Assembly (NCBI GenBank): GCA_021809645.1
Contig: JAJZKE010000001.1
Span: forward strand, 47,245 to 111,244
DNA from: a bacterium
GTDB taxonomy: Bacteria > Patescibacteriota > Saccharimonadia > Saccharimonadales > UBA4665
DNA: 64,000 nucleotides
Direction of reading: 5' to 3'
Shown: piece after piece, positions 9,608 through 20,200 of the stretch
Numbering within the stretch: the first letter of the stretch is position 1
How the letters are laid out: each line of letters begins with the position of its first letter
Translations under genes and position numbers: made by a program
Notes under the pieces: generated by a model
Seen by the model: only the letters and a program-made list of their open reading frames with translations
Database searches by the model: none
What the model was told of the DNA's origin: nothing

Positions 9608-11695
9608 TTATTTTGTGTTTTTGGCAATGATTGCTTCAGCGATATTCGATGGAACATCAGCGTAGTGGTCGATTTCCATTGAGCTAGAAGCTCTTCCTTG
9701 AGTCATGCTTCTTAAATTAGTCGTATAGCCAAACATTTCGCCCAGTGGTACAAAAGCAGTTATTTCTTTTATGCTGCCTGTTAAATCTTCCATTGACTCT
9801 ATTCGACCTCTTTTTGAGTTCAAATCACCAATTACATCACCCATAAAACTTTCGGGTGTAACAACGACTACTTTCATAATTGGCTCAAGTATTACTGGAC
9901 TAGCTTTTTTGACAGCTTCCTGCAGTGCCATTGAGCCGGCAATAGAGAAAGCCATTTCTGAGGAGTCAACATCGTGGTAGCTGCCATCATATAGCTCAGC
10001 CCTAATATCAACTACTGGATAACCAGCAATAACACCATTAGACATTGCTTCTTCGATGCCTTTTCTAACAGCTGGTATATATTCGTTTGGTACAACTCCA
10101 CCCTTAATAGAGTTTATAAATTCAAAACCTTTACCTGGTTCATTTTGGTATACTTTTATCCATACATCTCCGTATTGTCCACGACCGCCTGATTGACGAA
10201 TAAATTTACCATTGGCTTCAACGCCATCTTTGCGAATAGTTTCTCGGTATGCTACTTGGGGCTGACCGACATTAGCTTCAACGTTAAATTCACGTTTCAT
10301 TCGATCGACAATAATTTCCAAGTGAAGCTCGCCCATACCACTAATAATTGTTTGTCCCGTTTCGTCATCAACATGAACTCGGAAAGTTGGATCTTCTTCT
10401 GCTAAACGACCGAGGGCAATGCTCATTTTTTCTTGATCTACTTTAGTTTTGGGTTCGATGGCAATTGATACCGGTGGTTCAGGGAAGCTAATACTTTCTA
10501 GAATAATGGGGTTGTTAGGATCACATAAGGTATTACCTGTTGTTGTGCCCTTGAGGCCAACAATAGCGGCGATATCGCCAGCTTTTACTTCACTTACATC
10601 TTCTCTTTTGTCAGCTTGCATTCGAACTATTCGTCCGACTCTTTCTTTTTCTCCAGTTGAACTGTTTAAAATGTAAGATCCTGCTGTAATCTTACCGGAG
10701 TAGACTCGAAAATATGCAAGTTTACCAACGAACGGATCAGTTGCGATCTTAAAGGCTAGACCGGAGAAAGGTTCTTTTTCATCTGGTTTTCTTTCTATTT
10801 CATCACCACTTTTAGGATGTGTTCCCCAGGTGCTACTACGATCTATCGGGCTAGGTAGGAGATCAGTAACGGCATCTAGTACTTTTTCAACTATTACACC
10901 TCGGCCATCGCCGCCAGTTACAGCATAGAATTTTCCGGTAAGGACTGCTTTTCTAATGGCTTCTTTGATCTCTTCTTGACTTAAACCTTCTTCGCCTACT
11001 TCGAGGTACTTTTCTAACAATGTTTCATCTTCAGCTACGGCGTTTTCTATTAATAAACTACGATACCTATTAACTTCATCATTCATTTCTTTTGGAATTT
11101 CAGACTCCTGTAGTTCGTGATCGGTAAAATCTTTATAGGTATATGCTTTTAGATTAACTAGGTCAACAATACCTTCAACTGACTGCTCAAAGCCAATAGG
11201 CAGATGGATCGGAAAAGCTCTTTTGCTCAATCTATTGTGGATTGATTCTAATGATTTATAGAAATCTCCACCAGTTTGGTTTATTTTATTAATAAAACAG
11301 ATTCGAGGTACGTTATATTTATCTGCTTGCCGCCAGACGGTTTCCGACTGTGATTCAACTCCCATTTTTCCGTCAAAAACAACAATAGCGCCATCTAAAA
11401 CTCTTAGCGATCTTTCTACTTCAACGGTAAAATCGATATGTCCTGGAGTATCAATAATGTTAATTTGGTGATCTTTCCAGTAGCATGTTACGGCAGCTGA
11501 TACGATGGTAATGCCTCGTTCACGTTCTTGAGCCATCCAGTCGGTAGTTGTTTCGCCCTCATGTACGGCGCCAATTTTGTGTTTTAACCCTGTTCTATAG
11601 AGAATACCTTCGGTCGTTGTTGTTTTACCGGCGTCAATATGAGCAATAATGCCAATATTACGAAGTTTATTTATTGCATACTGTTTTTCTGCCAT
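9608..11695 (-). CDS. fusA: Elongation factor G with atypical G4/G5 motifs
   Basis: [35 protein letters not shown]; str locus. Confidence 0.98.
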   Translation of the reverse strand: MAEKQYAINKLRNIGIIAHIDAGKTTTTEGILYRTGLKHKIGAVHEGETTTDWMAQERERGITIVSAAVTCYWKDHQINIIDTPGHIDFTVEVERSLRVLDGAIVVFDGKMGVESQSETVWRQADKYNVPRICFINKINQTGGDFYKSLESIHNRLSKRAFPIHLPIGFEQSVEGIVDLVNLKAYTYKDFTDHELQESEIPKEMNDEVNRYRSLLIENAVAEDETLLEKYLEVGEEGLSQEEIKEAIRKAVLTGKFYAVTGGDGRGVIVEKVLDAVTDLLPSPIDRSSTWGTHPKSGDEIERKPDEKEPFSGLAFKIATDPFVGKLAYFRVYSGKITAGSYILNSSTGEKERVGRIVRMQADKREDVSEVKAGDIAAIVGLKGTTTGNTLCDPNNPIILESISFPEPPVSIAIEPKTKVDQEKMSIALGRLAEEDPTFRVHVDDETGQTIISGMGELHLEIIVDRMKREFNVEANVGQPQVAYRETIRKDGVEANGKFIRQSGGRGQYGDVWIKVYQNEPGKGFEFINSIKGGVVPNEYIPAVRKGIEEAMSNGVIAGYPVVDIRAELYDGSYHDVDSSEMAFSIAGSMALQEAVKKASPVILEPIMKVVVVTPESFMGDVIGDLNSKRGRIESMEDLTGSIKEITAFVPLGEMFGYTTNLRSMTQGRASSSMEIDHYADVPSNIAEAIIAKNTK

Positions 11696-11725
11696 ATTTC
11701 CTTCTTTATAATATGAATCAAGTAA

Positions 11726-12409
11726 TTAGTTGCCGCCATTTACTACTGACGGGCCGCTTACTTCACACATGCCATTGTTAAATACGATAGAAGCGATTTT
11801 TTCAGCTCTATCATTATGGTAGCTAGCTAATTCAGTCATTACTGTTCTCGCAACATTGACATTAGCGCAGAACCCCGGTGATACAGCTTGAACATTAAAT
11901 ATCAGCTGGCTTAAACGCATGGCTCTATCTGTGTAAGCATCAGACTTTAATTCATGATGTTGAATAGAGTAATGTTTTAATTTTGTTTTTAAACTATTGA
12001 TAGCATCATCATGATCTTGATTATCAAAACTTACAGTATTTTCAACAGTTAAATTAGTTAGGTTTGCTAATTCTAGATTCTTTTGAACTCTAGATTGATG
12101 CCAAGCTTCTTTAAATAGTCTTAGCTGGATGGCAAACATTAATGGGCTAATCAATTTGCTGGACGAGTAGCCAATATTATCTATTCGATCTTGAAGCTGT
12201 TTGCTTTTTAAAGCTGAAACAGTTGCCTTTAAACTATGTCTATTAGCTCGTATTTCGGATAATTTTCGTTGTCTTTCTAATCTTTCCTCTTTGCCATCAA
12301 AAAACTGATTGACTATTTCAACAAACGGTGTTGAGCTAAAAAAACTTAAAATAGACCTATTGCTAGGCGTTTTATCCATTAACTTACCGTTATCTATTTT
12401 TTGTTCCAT
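11726..12409 (-). CDS. Orphan hypothetical protein (227 aa) inserted between rpsG and fusA
   Basis: Long ORF starting 2 nt after rpsG stop; helical-looking, no recognised motif. Confidence 0.8.
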   Translation of the reverse strand: MEQKIDNGKLMDKTPSNRSILSFFSSTPFVEIVNQFFDGKEERLERQRKLSEIRANRHSLKATVSALKSKQLQDRIDNIGYSSSKLISPLMFAIQLRLFKEAWHQSRVQKNLELANLTNLTVENTVSFDNQDHDDAINSLKTKLKHYSIQHHELKSDAYTDRAMRLSQLIFNVQAVSPGFCANVNVARTVMTELASYHNDRAEKIASIVFNNGMCEVSGPSVVNGGN

Positions 12410-12411
12410 AG

Positions 12412-12891
12412 CTAAAATCTCGCGAAATGAGCAAATGCCCGATTGGCCTCAGCCATTTTATGGGTATCTTCTTTCTTCTTTACTGCTCCACCTTGATTGT
12501 TGTATGCATCTTGTAATTCTAAGGCAATTCGATCTTTCATACTCATGCCCTTACGAGTTCTGGCTGCTTGAACAAACCACATAGTTGTTAAGTGTTGTTG
12601 ACGTTGGCCTTTGACTTCAAAAGGAACTTGATAGTTTGCACCACCAACTCTTCTTGAACGTGTTTCCATGTGTGGTTCGATGTTCTTCATTGCTTGCTCG
12701 AAAACTTCTAAAGGGTTTTGAACCTTTAATTTGTCGGCAGCTTTTTGCATGCCATCATAGACTAATTTTTCAGCAAGTTGCTTTTTGCCGTTAAGCATTA
12801 CGCGGTTAATTAGTTTTTGAACTTGGACAGATTGATATATGCGATCTGGTTCTACTTGTCTGACTAATGATTTGGTAACTTTCCGAGGCAT
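12412..12891 (-). CDS. rpsG: 30S ribosomal protein S7
   Basis: RRVGGANYQVP, HKMAEANRAFAH. Confidence 0.98.
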   Translation of the reverse strand: MPRKVTKSLVRQVEPDRIYQSVQVQKLINRVMLNGKKQLAEKLVYDGMQKAADKLKVQNPLEVFEQAMKNIEPHMETRSRRVGGANYQVPFEVKGQRQQHLTTMWFVQAARTRKGMSMKDRIALELQDAYNNQGGAVKKKEDTHKMAEANRAFAHFARF

Positions 12892-13304
12892 TATTTATTT
12901 TCCTTCTTAGTCCCATATTTAGATCGACCTTGTTTACGTTCAGATACACCTTGAAGATCTAGATTGCCTCTAACTATATGGTATCTTACACCAGGTAAGT
13001 CTTTAACTCTTCCACCTCTTACTAAGACCGCTGCGTGTTCTTGAAGATTATGTCCTTCGCCACCTATATATGCCCATACTTCATAACCGTTAGTTAGTCT
13101 TACTCTCGCTACTTTTCGTAATGCTGAGTTTGGTTTTTTTGGTGTCTTAGTTGTTACCTTGACACATACTCCTCTTTTGAAAGGTGAAGATTTCTCATAG
13201 CTAACATTTCTTAAATTGTTAACTACACGTTGCATAGCCGGTGACTTACTTTTAGAAGAAGCCCTGCTTCGCGGTTTTCTGACCAATTGATTAATTGTAG
13301 GCAA
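12891..13304 (-). CDS. rpsL: 30S ribosomal protein S12
   Basis: [23 protein letters not shown] start with AAGGAG SD. Confidence 0.98.
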   Translation of the reverse strand: MPTINQLVRKPRSRASSKSKSPAMQRVVNNLRNVSYEKSSPFKRGVCVKVTTKTPKKPNSALRKVARVRLTNGYEVWAYIGGEGHNLQEHAAVLVRGGRVKDLPGVRYHIVRGNLDLQGVSERKQGRSKYGTKKENK

Positions 13305-13400
13305 TATATTCTCCTTGTTTGGCTCTCTACTGCTTTTAGGTAATTTGCCTATCTACCTAGCTCAGAGTTACCAAAATTACTTAAATTTCAACTTTAATGT

Positions 13401-13429
13401 ATTTTAACAGATGAATTATTAACTATCAA
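13401..13429 (-). promoter_or_regulatory. Putative sigma70 promoter for the str operon
   Basis: TTGATA-17 bp-TAAAAT with TGn extension. Confidence 0.6.
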
Positions 13430-13434
13430 GTAGG

Positions 13435-16400
13435 CTAAGTGGTCGTTTGTTCATCGGCTATTAACTCTTCTTGTTCCGTTTTCTGATCATCATCTTCTTC
13501 TTGAAAACCAGTACCGACTGGTATTTTACGACCTAGGATAACGTTCTCTTTAAGGCCGTAGAGGTGGTCAACTTTACCTGATGTAGCAGCACTTATCAAT
13601 ACTCTAGTTGTGTCTTGGAAAGATGCAGCGCTTAAGAAAGAGTCAGTAGACAAAGAAGCTTTCGTTATACCTAGTAGTAACTGACTAAATTTAGCTGGTT
13701 GTTGGCCATTTTTTACTAACTTTTCATTAGCGCCAACAGCTGCTAATTTGCTAACTATATCACCAGTTACGAACTCGTTATCTCCAGATTCTTCTATTTG
13801 AACTCTGCTGAACATCTGTCTAACGATTATCTCGAGGTGTTTATCAGCTATATTTTGACCTTGACCAGCAAAGATTTTTAAAATCTCATTCATGATATAG
13901 CGCTGGGTAGCTTCAACACCTTGAAGACGCATTAAATCATGTAAGTTAACTGATCCATTAGTTAATCTCTGACCGGCTATTACCTGATCGCCGTCAGCGA
14001 TCAATAGTTGTTTAAAGCCAGGTATTTCATATCTTAAAATGCTTTTACTAGTTGGGCTAATGTTTATTTCTTTTTTAGATAAGCTAATCTTACCTGACAT
14101 AGGTGATATGAGAGGCTCACTGCCGTCTTCTTGAGAAGCTAGTACATCTCCGATAGCAACGTCGCTACCATCGGCAATGTGTACTTTTCTGTCGCCTATT
14201 TTTAAGCTAACATTTTCTTTTGCGTCGGCTGTAATTTGAACGATGTACTTATCACCTTCTTCCCAGCAACTTGCTGTACCGCTAATTTCTGTTAAATAAG
14301 CTTGTCCTTTTGGCATTCTCACTTCAAACAATTCTTCAACACGAGATAGACCTTGAGCAGTATCGTCGGCGATAACTGCACCCGCTCGGTGTTTGGAGTC
14401 TAAACTTAGCTGAGTGCCAGGCTCACCAATACTTTGAGCAGCGATGACTCCGATTGGATGATGATTAGATACTAGATCACCAGTAGCCGGGTCAATACCG
14501 TATGAACGTCGATCGACTCCGAGAACACTTCCTGAACTTAAAGCGCTCATTATCTTAATACCATCAATGGAATCATTGTCTTCTATTTTGTTGGCGATTT
14601 CTTCGTTAATTAGTTCACCTTTTTTAATTAAACCTTTAATATCTTCTGCTGCGAAACGACCAATTAATCTTGAGCCATAGCTGACGCCTATTTCTTGGGC
14701 ATCAGATCTTAACATAGCAAAGCCTGGGTCTGAGTTGCTAGCATCTTCAATCGTGAAAACATCTTGAGCAACGTCTACTAATCTTCTAGTTAAATATCCA
14801 GCATCAGCTGTTTTAAGAGCTATATCTATTAGTGCTTTTCTGGTTCCTCGGGTACCAGTGAAGTATTCTAGTGGGTCAAGACCTTGGATATATCCAGCTT
14901 TAATCGGTAGTTCAATAGCCTGTCCTGATGCGTCGGATTGTACACCTAACATACCAACTGACATTTTCATTTGTGAGATATTTCCTCTAGATCCCGAAGT
15001 GATTGCAATAGCCATAGATGAATCCTCGTTAGCCATTTGATCGGCTAAACGTTCCTGAACTTGGGAGTCAACTTTGGTCCAGTTCTCGACTGTTAATCGG
15101 TATCGTTCATCGTCATTTATAAAGCCTTGTTCATATTGATCGGAGATTGATTTAGCTCTATTTTCACCTTCATCGATTAATTTATCCATACCTTTTATTG
15201 GACTAAAATCACCCATTCCCATAGATAAGCCAGATAATGTAGCGTAATGAAAACCTAAATCTTTCAAGGAATCTGCAACTTCAGCAGTTTTTTCTTGTCC
15301 GTATTTGGCATATACAGTAGCCATAACCTGTTGTAAACGTTTTTTAGTCATAGTTTCATCTTGGAAGGTGAAATCTTCAGGTAATATTTCATTAAATAAC
15401 AAACGACCGATAGTTGTTTGTCGAACTTGGCCACGAAAAGGTAAGCTAACTATTGATTGCAGCTCAACAATACCTTTATCGAAAGCCATTAAAGCTTCAT
15501 TTAAATCTATAAATTTAATAGCATCTGTTTTGTTGTTAGGTCTAATATATGTTAAGTAGTAACAGCCCAAAACTATATCTTGTTCAATGTGTAAGATTGG
15601 AGATCCGTCTGCAGGCTTCAGTAGATTTTTATTGGCTGCCATGATTTCACGAGCTTCTTTTTGAGATTCTTTACTCAGTGGTAGATGTACAGCCATTTGG
15701 TCGCCGTCAAAATCGGCGTTAAAGCCCTTACATACCAACGGATGAAGTTGAATTGCTCGACCTTCAATGAGAACTGGTTGAAAAGCTTGGATACTTAATC
15801 TATGTAGGCTTGGAGCTCGATTTAGAAGTACGTATTTACCCTTGATTACTTCGTCTAAAGCATCCCAAACTACAGTTTCAGCAGTTTCTATTAATCTTGA
15901 TGCACTCCTTATATTATGAGCATGTTCTCGACTAATAAGCTCACCAATAACAAATGGCTTGAAGAGTTCCAAGGCCATCATTTTAGGCAGACCACATTGA
16001 TATATCTTTAATTCAGGACCAGCAACTATTACTGATCGTCCAGAATAGTCAACTCTTTTACCTAAGAGGTTTTGTCTAAATCGTCCTTGTTTACCTTTTA
16101 GAAGATCAGAAAGACTCTTTAATCTTCGTCTTTGACCAGTGGCTGCAACAGCTCTACCGGATCTTGTACTATTATTGTCGATTAAAGCATCAACTGCTTC
16201 TTGAAGCATTCTTTGTTCATTTCGGCGAATTACTTCCGGTGCGTTTAAATCGATTAATTTTTTAAGACGGTTGTTTCGGTTGATTACTCGTCGGTAAAGA
16301 TCATTCATATCTGAAGTAGCAAAACGTCCGCCAGTTAACTGTACCATTGGCCTAAGATCTGGGGGTATAACCGGTAGTACTGTTATACACATTGAGCTTG

Positions 16401-17274
16401 GACGAATGCCGGCTCGTTGCATACTTTCTAGCAACCTTAGTCTTTTCATGATTTTTTTCTTACGTTGGCCCTTGGCCTCTTCGGCTTCAGCGTTCAATTC
16501 GTTAACAAGTTTAACAAGGTCAATTTCATCAAGAAGTTCTTTAAGGGTAGTTCCACCCATTCCAACTTCTACTAGGTCTTTTAGCTCGTCTGGTAGATTA
16601 CGATAGTCAGTTTCACTAATTAAGTTAAGTTTTTCTAGACTTGTAATTTGATTTTTAAATATTTCAAATTGTTCACTTAGATCATTTATTTCTTTAGTTC
16701 TCATTTCGGCTAAAGCTTTGACATTAGCTTTTTCGTCTTTGGCTTCTTTTTCGTATCTTAAGTTAATAGCTTCTTTAGCAGCGGCAAATTCAGCTTCTTT
16801 ATCTATTAGCAATTGATCTCTTTTTTTACTATCAATACTTTTAATGATGTAACTAGCAAAATATGCTACTCTTTCTAAGTTTTTGACAGTCATACCAAGT
16901 AAAAGACCAATAGCTGAAGGTGTTCCTCGTAAGAACCAAATATGTGCGACAGGAACTGCAAGACTAATATGCCCCATACGTTCACGTCTAACAATTGACT
17001 TAGTTACTAGCTCACCGTTTTTATCAACTGCAGCTTCACGACTTCTTACACCTTTATATTTAGCATCATGAGGATTAATATCTTTTACCGGCCCAAAAAT
17101 TCGTTCGCAAAACAAACCGTCTCTTTCAGGCTTTTGAGTTCGATAATTGATTGTTTCTGGTTTTGTCACTTCACCATAGCTCCATTCCAAGATATCTGCC
17201 GGGCTGGCGACTGCCAGTCTAACAGCATCAAAATCGGCGATATCATTACCTACGGCTGTTCTTCCTTGATTCAT
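13435..17274 (-). CDS. rpoC: RNA polymerase beta' subunit
   Basis: NADFDGD, GKRVDYSGR, GYLTRRL, GLKENVI. Confidence 0.99.
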   Translation of the reverse strand: MNQGRTAVGNDIADFDAVRLAVASPADILEWSYGEVTKPETINYRTQKPERDGLFCERIFGPVKDINPHDAKYKGVRSREAAVDKNGELVTKSIVRRERMGHISLAVPVAHIWFLRGTPSAIGLLLGMTVKNLERVAYFASYIIKSIDSKKRDQLLIDKEAEFAAAKEAINLRYEKEAKDEKANVKALAEMRTKEINDLSEQFEIFKNQITSLEKLNLISETDYRNLPDELKDLVEVGMGGTTLKELLDEIDLVKLVNELNAEAEEAKGQRKKKIMKRLRLLESMQRAGIRPSSMCITVLPVIPPDLRPMVQLTGGRFATSDMNDLYRRVINRNNRLKKLIDLNAPEVIRRNEQRMLQEAVDALIDNNSTRSGRAVAATGQRRRLKSLSDLLKGKQGRFRQNLLGKRVDYSGRSVIVAGPELKIYQCGLPKMMALELFKPFVIGELISREHAHNIRSASRLIETAETVVWDALDEVIKGKYVLLNRAPSLHRLSIQAFQPVLIEGRAIQLHPLVCKGFNADFDGDQMAVHLPLSKESQKEAREIMAANKNLLKPADGSPILHIEQDIVLGCYYLTYIRPNNKTDAIKFIDLNEALMAFDKGIVELQSIVSLPFRGQVRQTTIGRLLFNEILPEDFTFQDETMTKKRLQQVMATVYAKYGQEKTAEVADSLKDLGFHYATLSGLSMGMGDFSPIKGMDKLIDEGENRAKSISDQYEQGFINDDERYRLTVENWTKVDSQVQERLADQMANEDSSMAIAITSGSRGNISQMKMSVGMLGVQSDASGQAIELPIKAGYIQGLDPLEYFTGTRGTRKALIDIALKTADAGYLTRRLVDVAQDVFTIEDASNSDPGFAMLRSDAQEIGVSYGSRLIGRFAAEDIKGLIKKGELINEEIANKIEDNDSIDGIKIMSALSSGSVLGVDRRSYGIDPATGDLVSNHHPIGVIAAQSIGEPGTQLSLDSKHRAGAVIADDTAQGLSRVEELFEVRMPKGQAYLTEISGTASCWEEGDKYIVQITADAKENVSLKIGDRKVHIADGSDVAIGDVLASQEDGSEPLISPMSGKISLSKKEINISPTSKSILRYEIPGFKQLLIADGDQVIAGQRLTNGSVNLHDLMRLQGVEATQRYIMNEILKIFAGQGQNIADKHLEIIVRQMFSRVQIEESGDNEFVTGDIVSKLAAVGANEKLVKNGQQPAKFSQLLLGITKASLSTDSFLSAASFQDTTRVLISAATSGKVDHLYGLKENVILGRKIPVGTGFQEEDDDQKTEQEELIADEQTTT

Positions 17275-17289
17275 TTTCGACTATCTCCC

Positions 17290-20200
17290 TTATTCCTCAT
17301 TAACTATTTCTTCTTCAGTGCTATTAACAGACGGTATAATGTTATCTGTTGATTCAACTGAGATATCAGCTGCAATAATTTCGTCATTGACATCTTCCAC
17401 TGCAAATTCATCGATTGCTGGTTCTTGACTGAGATCTATATCAGAAATTGGTGGCTCGGGAACCTCTACTTCTGGTAAGTTACTTGCCTCGCTGCTGATG
17501 TTATTAGCTAGTACTGCTTCGGCGTCTACTAAACTGTCAGATTTAACTAGATCTACCTTAAGGCCTAAACCTTGAAGTTCTTTAACTAGTACGTTAAAGC
17601 TTTCCGGTATCTTAGGACCAACAATATCTGTCTTTTTGATGATTGATTCATAGGCTTTACTTCGTCCGTAAACATCATCTGATTTAATTGTCAGCATTTC
17701 TTGAAGAGTATTGGCTGCTCCATATGCTTCTAGAGCCCAAACTTCCATTTCTCCAAACCTTTGACCACCATTTTGAGCCTTACCGCCTAGTGGCTGTTGG
17801 GTAACCATAGTGTAAGGACCAGTAGAACGGGCATGGATTTTGTCAGCAACCATATGATTAAGCTTAATCATATACATTGATCCAACTGTTGTTTTTTCCT
17901 TAAATGGTTGTCCAGTTCGACCGTCAAAGAGTTGAAGTTTGCCATCGCTTGGATACTTCGCTTCTTCAAGAAGTTCTTTAATTTTATCTACTGAAACACC
18001 GTTAAATGAAGGGCTGGTAACTTTTATTCCTAATGCTCTGGCTGCCATACCTAAGTGGGTTTCAAATAACTGGCCAACATTCATTCTTGAGGGAACACCT
18101 AAAGGATTCAAAATTATATCAATAGGTGTACCATCTTCCATGAATGGCATGTCTTCAATTGGTAAAATCCGAGCGATAACACCTTTGTTACCGTGTCGGC
18201 CGCCGAGTTTATCACCTACCGAGATCTTTCTCATCTGAGCTACGAAAACTTGAATTTGCTTTATGACACCTGCCTTTAGTTCATGTCCATTCTCCCGGCT
18301 AAAAATTTTAACGCCGACAACTTTACCATGTTTACCATTGCTCATTCGCTGAGAGGTGTCTCTGACTTCTTTAGCTTTTTCGCCAAATATAGCTCTTAAA
18401 AGTCTTTCTTCTGATGATAGTTCTTGTTCGCCTTTTGGTGTAATCTTACCGACCAATATATCTCCAGGATGAACTTCAGCACCGATCCTTACGATACCAT
18501 CTTCATCAAGATGTCTTAGTGTTTCTTCAGAAACATTAGGTATATCTCGAGTAACTATTTCAGGCCCTAATTTTGTTTCTCTGACTTCGATCATAAAGTC
18601 GACAATATGAACAGAAGTTAAGGTATCATCTTCGACTAATTTTCGACTAATAATGATGGCGTCTTCAAAGTTATATCCTGCCCAAGGCATAAAGGCGCAT
18701 ATTAAGTCTTTACCTAAAGCCAGTTCACCATTCTCAATCGACATTCCTTCAATTAATGCATCACCAGCTTTGACTATATCGCCGGTTGAAACAGCTACTT
18801 TTTGATTTATAGCTGTTCCTTCATTACTTCTGACAAACCTTTGAGGTTGATATGATACTTTTCGATCTTTATATTGAACGATAACTTCTTGGGCATCAGC
18901 CTTTATTACTTCGCCGGTAGCTTCTGCTTGAACTAATTGACCACTGTTTTCGGCGACTGCTTTTTCTAGTCCTGTGCCAACTATAGGGGACTTCGGAACA
19001 ATTAAAGGTACTGCCTGCCTTTGTTGATTGGAACCCATTAAGCTACGGTAAACATAGTTTTTTTCGATAAATGGTATTAAGCCGGCTGATGACCCAATAA
19101 CTTGGTTTCTTGATGCGTCCATGTAGTTGACTTCGTCGGCATCGACTTCGCCGGTAGCTAGTCGTCGTCGAGCGCTAACACGTTCTTCAACAAAGTAACC
19201 ATCTTTAGTTATTTCTGATCCACCGCTGGCTATAACTGCACCTTCTTCCTCAAATGCATCCAAGTAAATAATTTCATTGGTAACCTTAGCTTTTACTGGC
19301 CAGGTTACTTTTGAAGTTACTTTAGCTAATTTAGTTGAATCTGCCGCAGTTATTTTATTACCCTTTTTAACAATTATCTTTCCTTTATCATCTTCTAGAT
19401 CAACGGCTGCTATATGACCAACTGCATCTTTAGCAGTTACGGCATTAATAACTTTACGGTAAGGCGTTTCGATAAATCCGTAATCATTAACACGAGCATA
19501 GTTTGCTAGGTTTAAAACTAAGCCGATGTTAGCACCTTCTGGTGTTTCAACGGCACAAATACGACCATAATGAGTAGCGTGAGCATCACGGACTTCAAAG
19601 CCTGCTCGTTCACGGCTTAATCCTCCGGGGCCCATTGAGCTTAGTCTTCTTTTATGGGCAAGCTCACTTAAGGGATTAATCTGATCCATGAATTGCGATA
19701 ATTGTGAGCTAGCAAAAAATTCTCTAACAGCTGCAACAATTGGTCGGGCATTGATTAATTGACTGGGTGTAACTGTCTCTATTTCTGACATCGACATACG
19801 GTCTTTAGTGTTTCGTTCCATTCTCAGTAAACCAATTCTAAATTGTCGTTGAACTAATTCGCCAACTAATTTAACCCTTCGGTTTGCTAAGCTGTCGATA
19901 TCATCAGCAGGTTCTTGAGTGTTATTAAGCCTAATGATTTCAGCTATTATGGCTTTGATATCTTCGAGTCTCATAACTCTATTTTCGATAGTATTTGGAA
20001 TATCGAGATCTAATCGTTTATTAATCTTATATCTACCTACTCGAGAAAAATCAAAACGTTTGTAATTGTAAAACATGTTTTCAATTAAACTTCGAGCGTT
20101 ATCAACGGTTGCTAAATCTCCCGGTCGAAGTCTACGGTAAACTTCGATTAGGGCATCATTTTGTCCTCGGCTAGTATCTTTATCTAAAGTTGACTTCAAG

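Noticed and set aside
4560..11745. Shared NGGN near the C-termini of two orphan proteins
   Set aside because: A four-residue match with no wider similarity is likely chance
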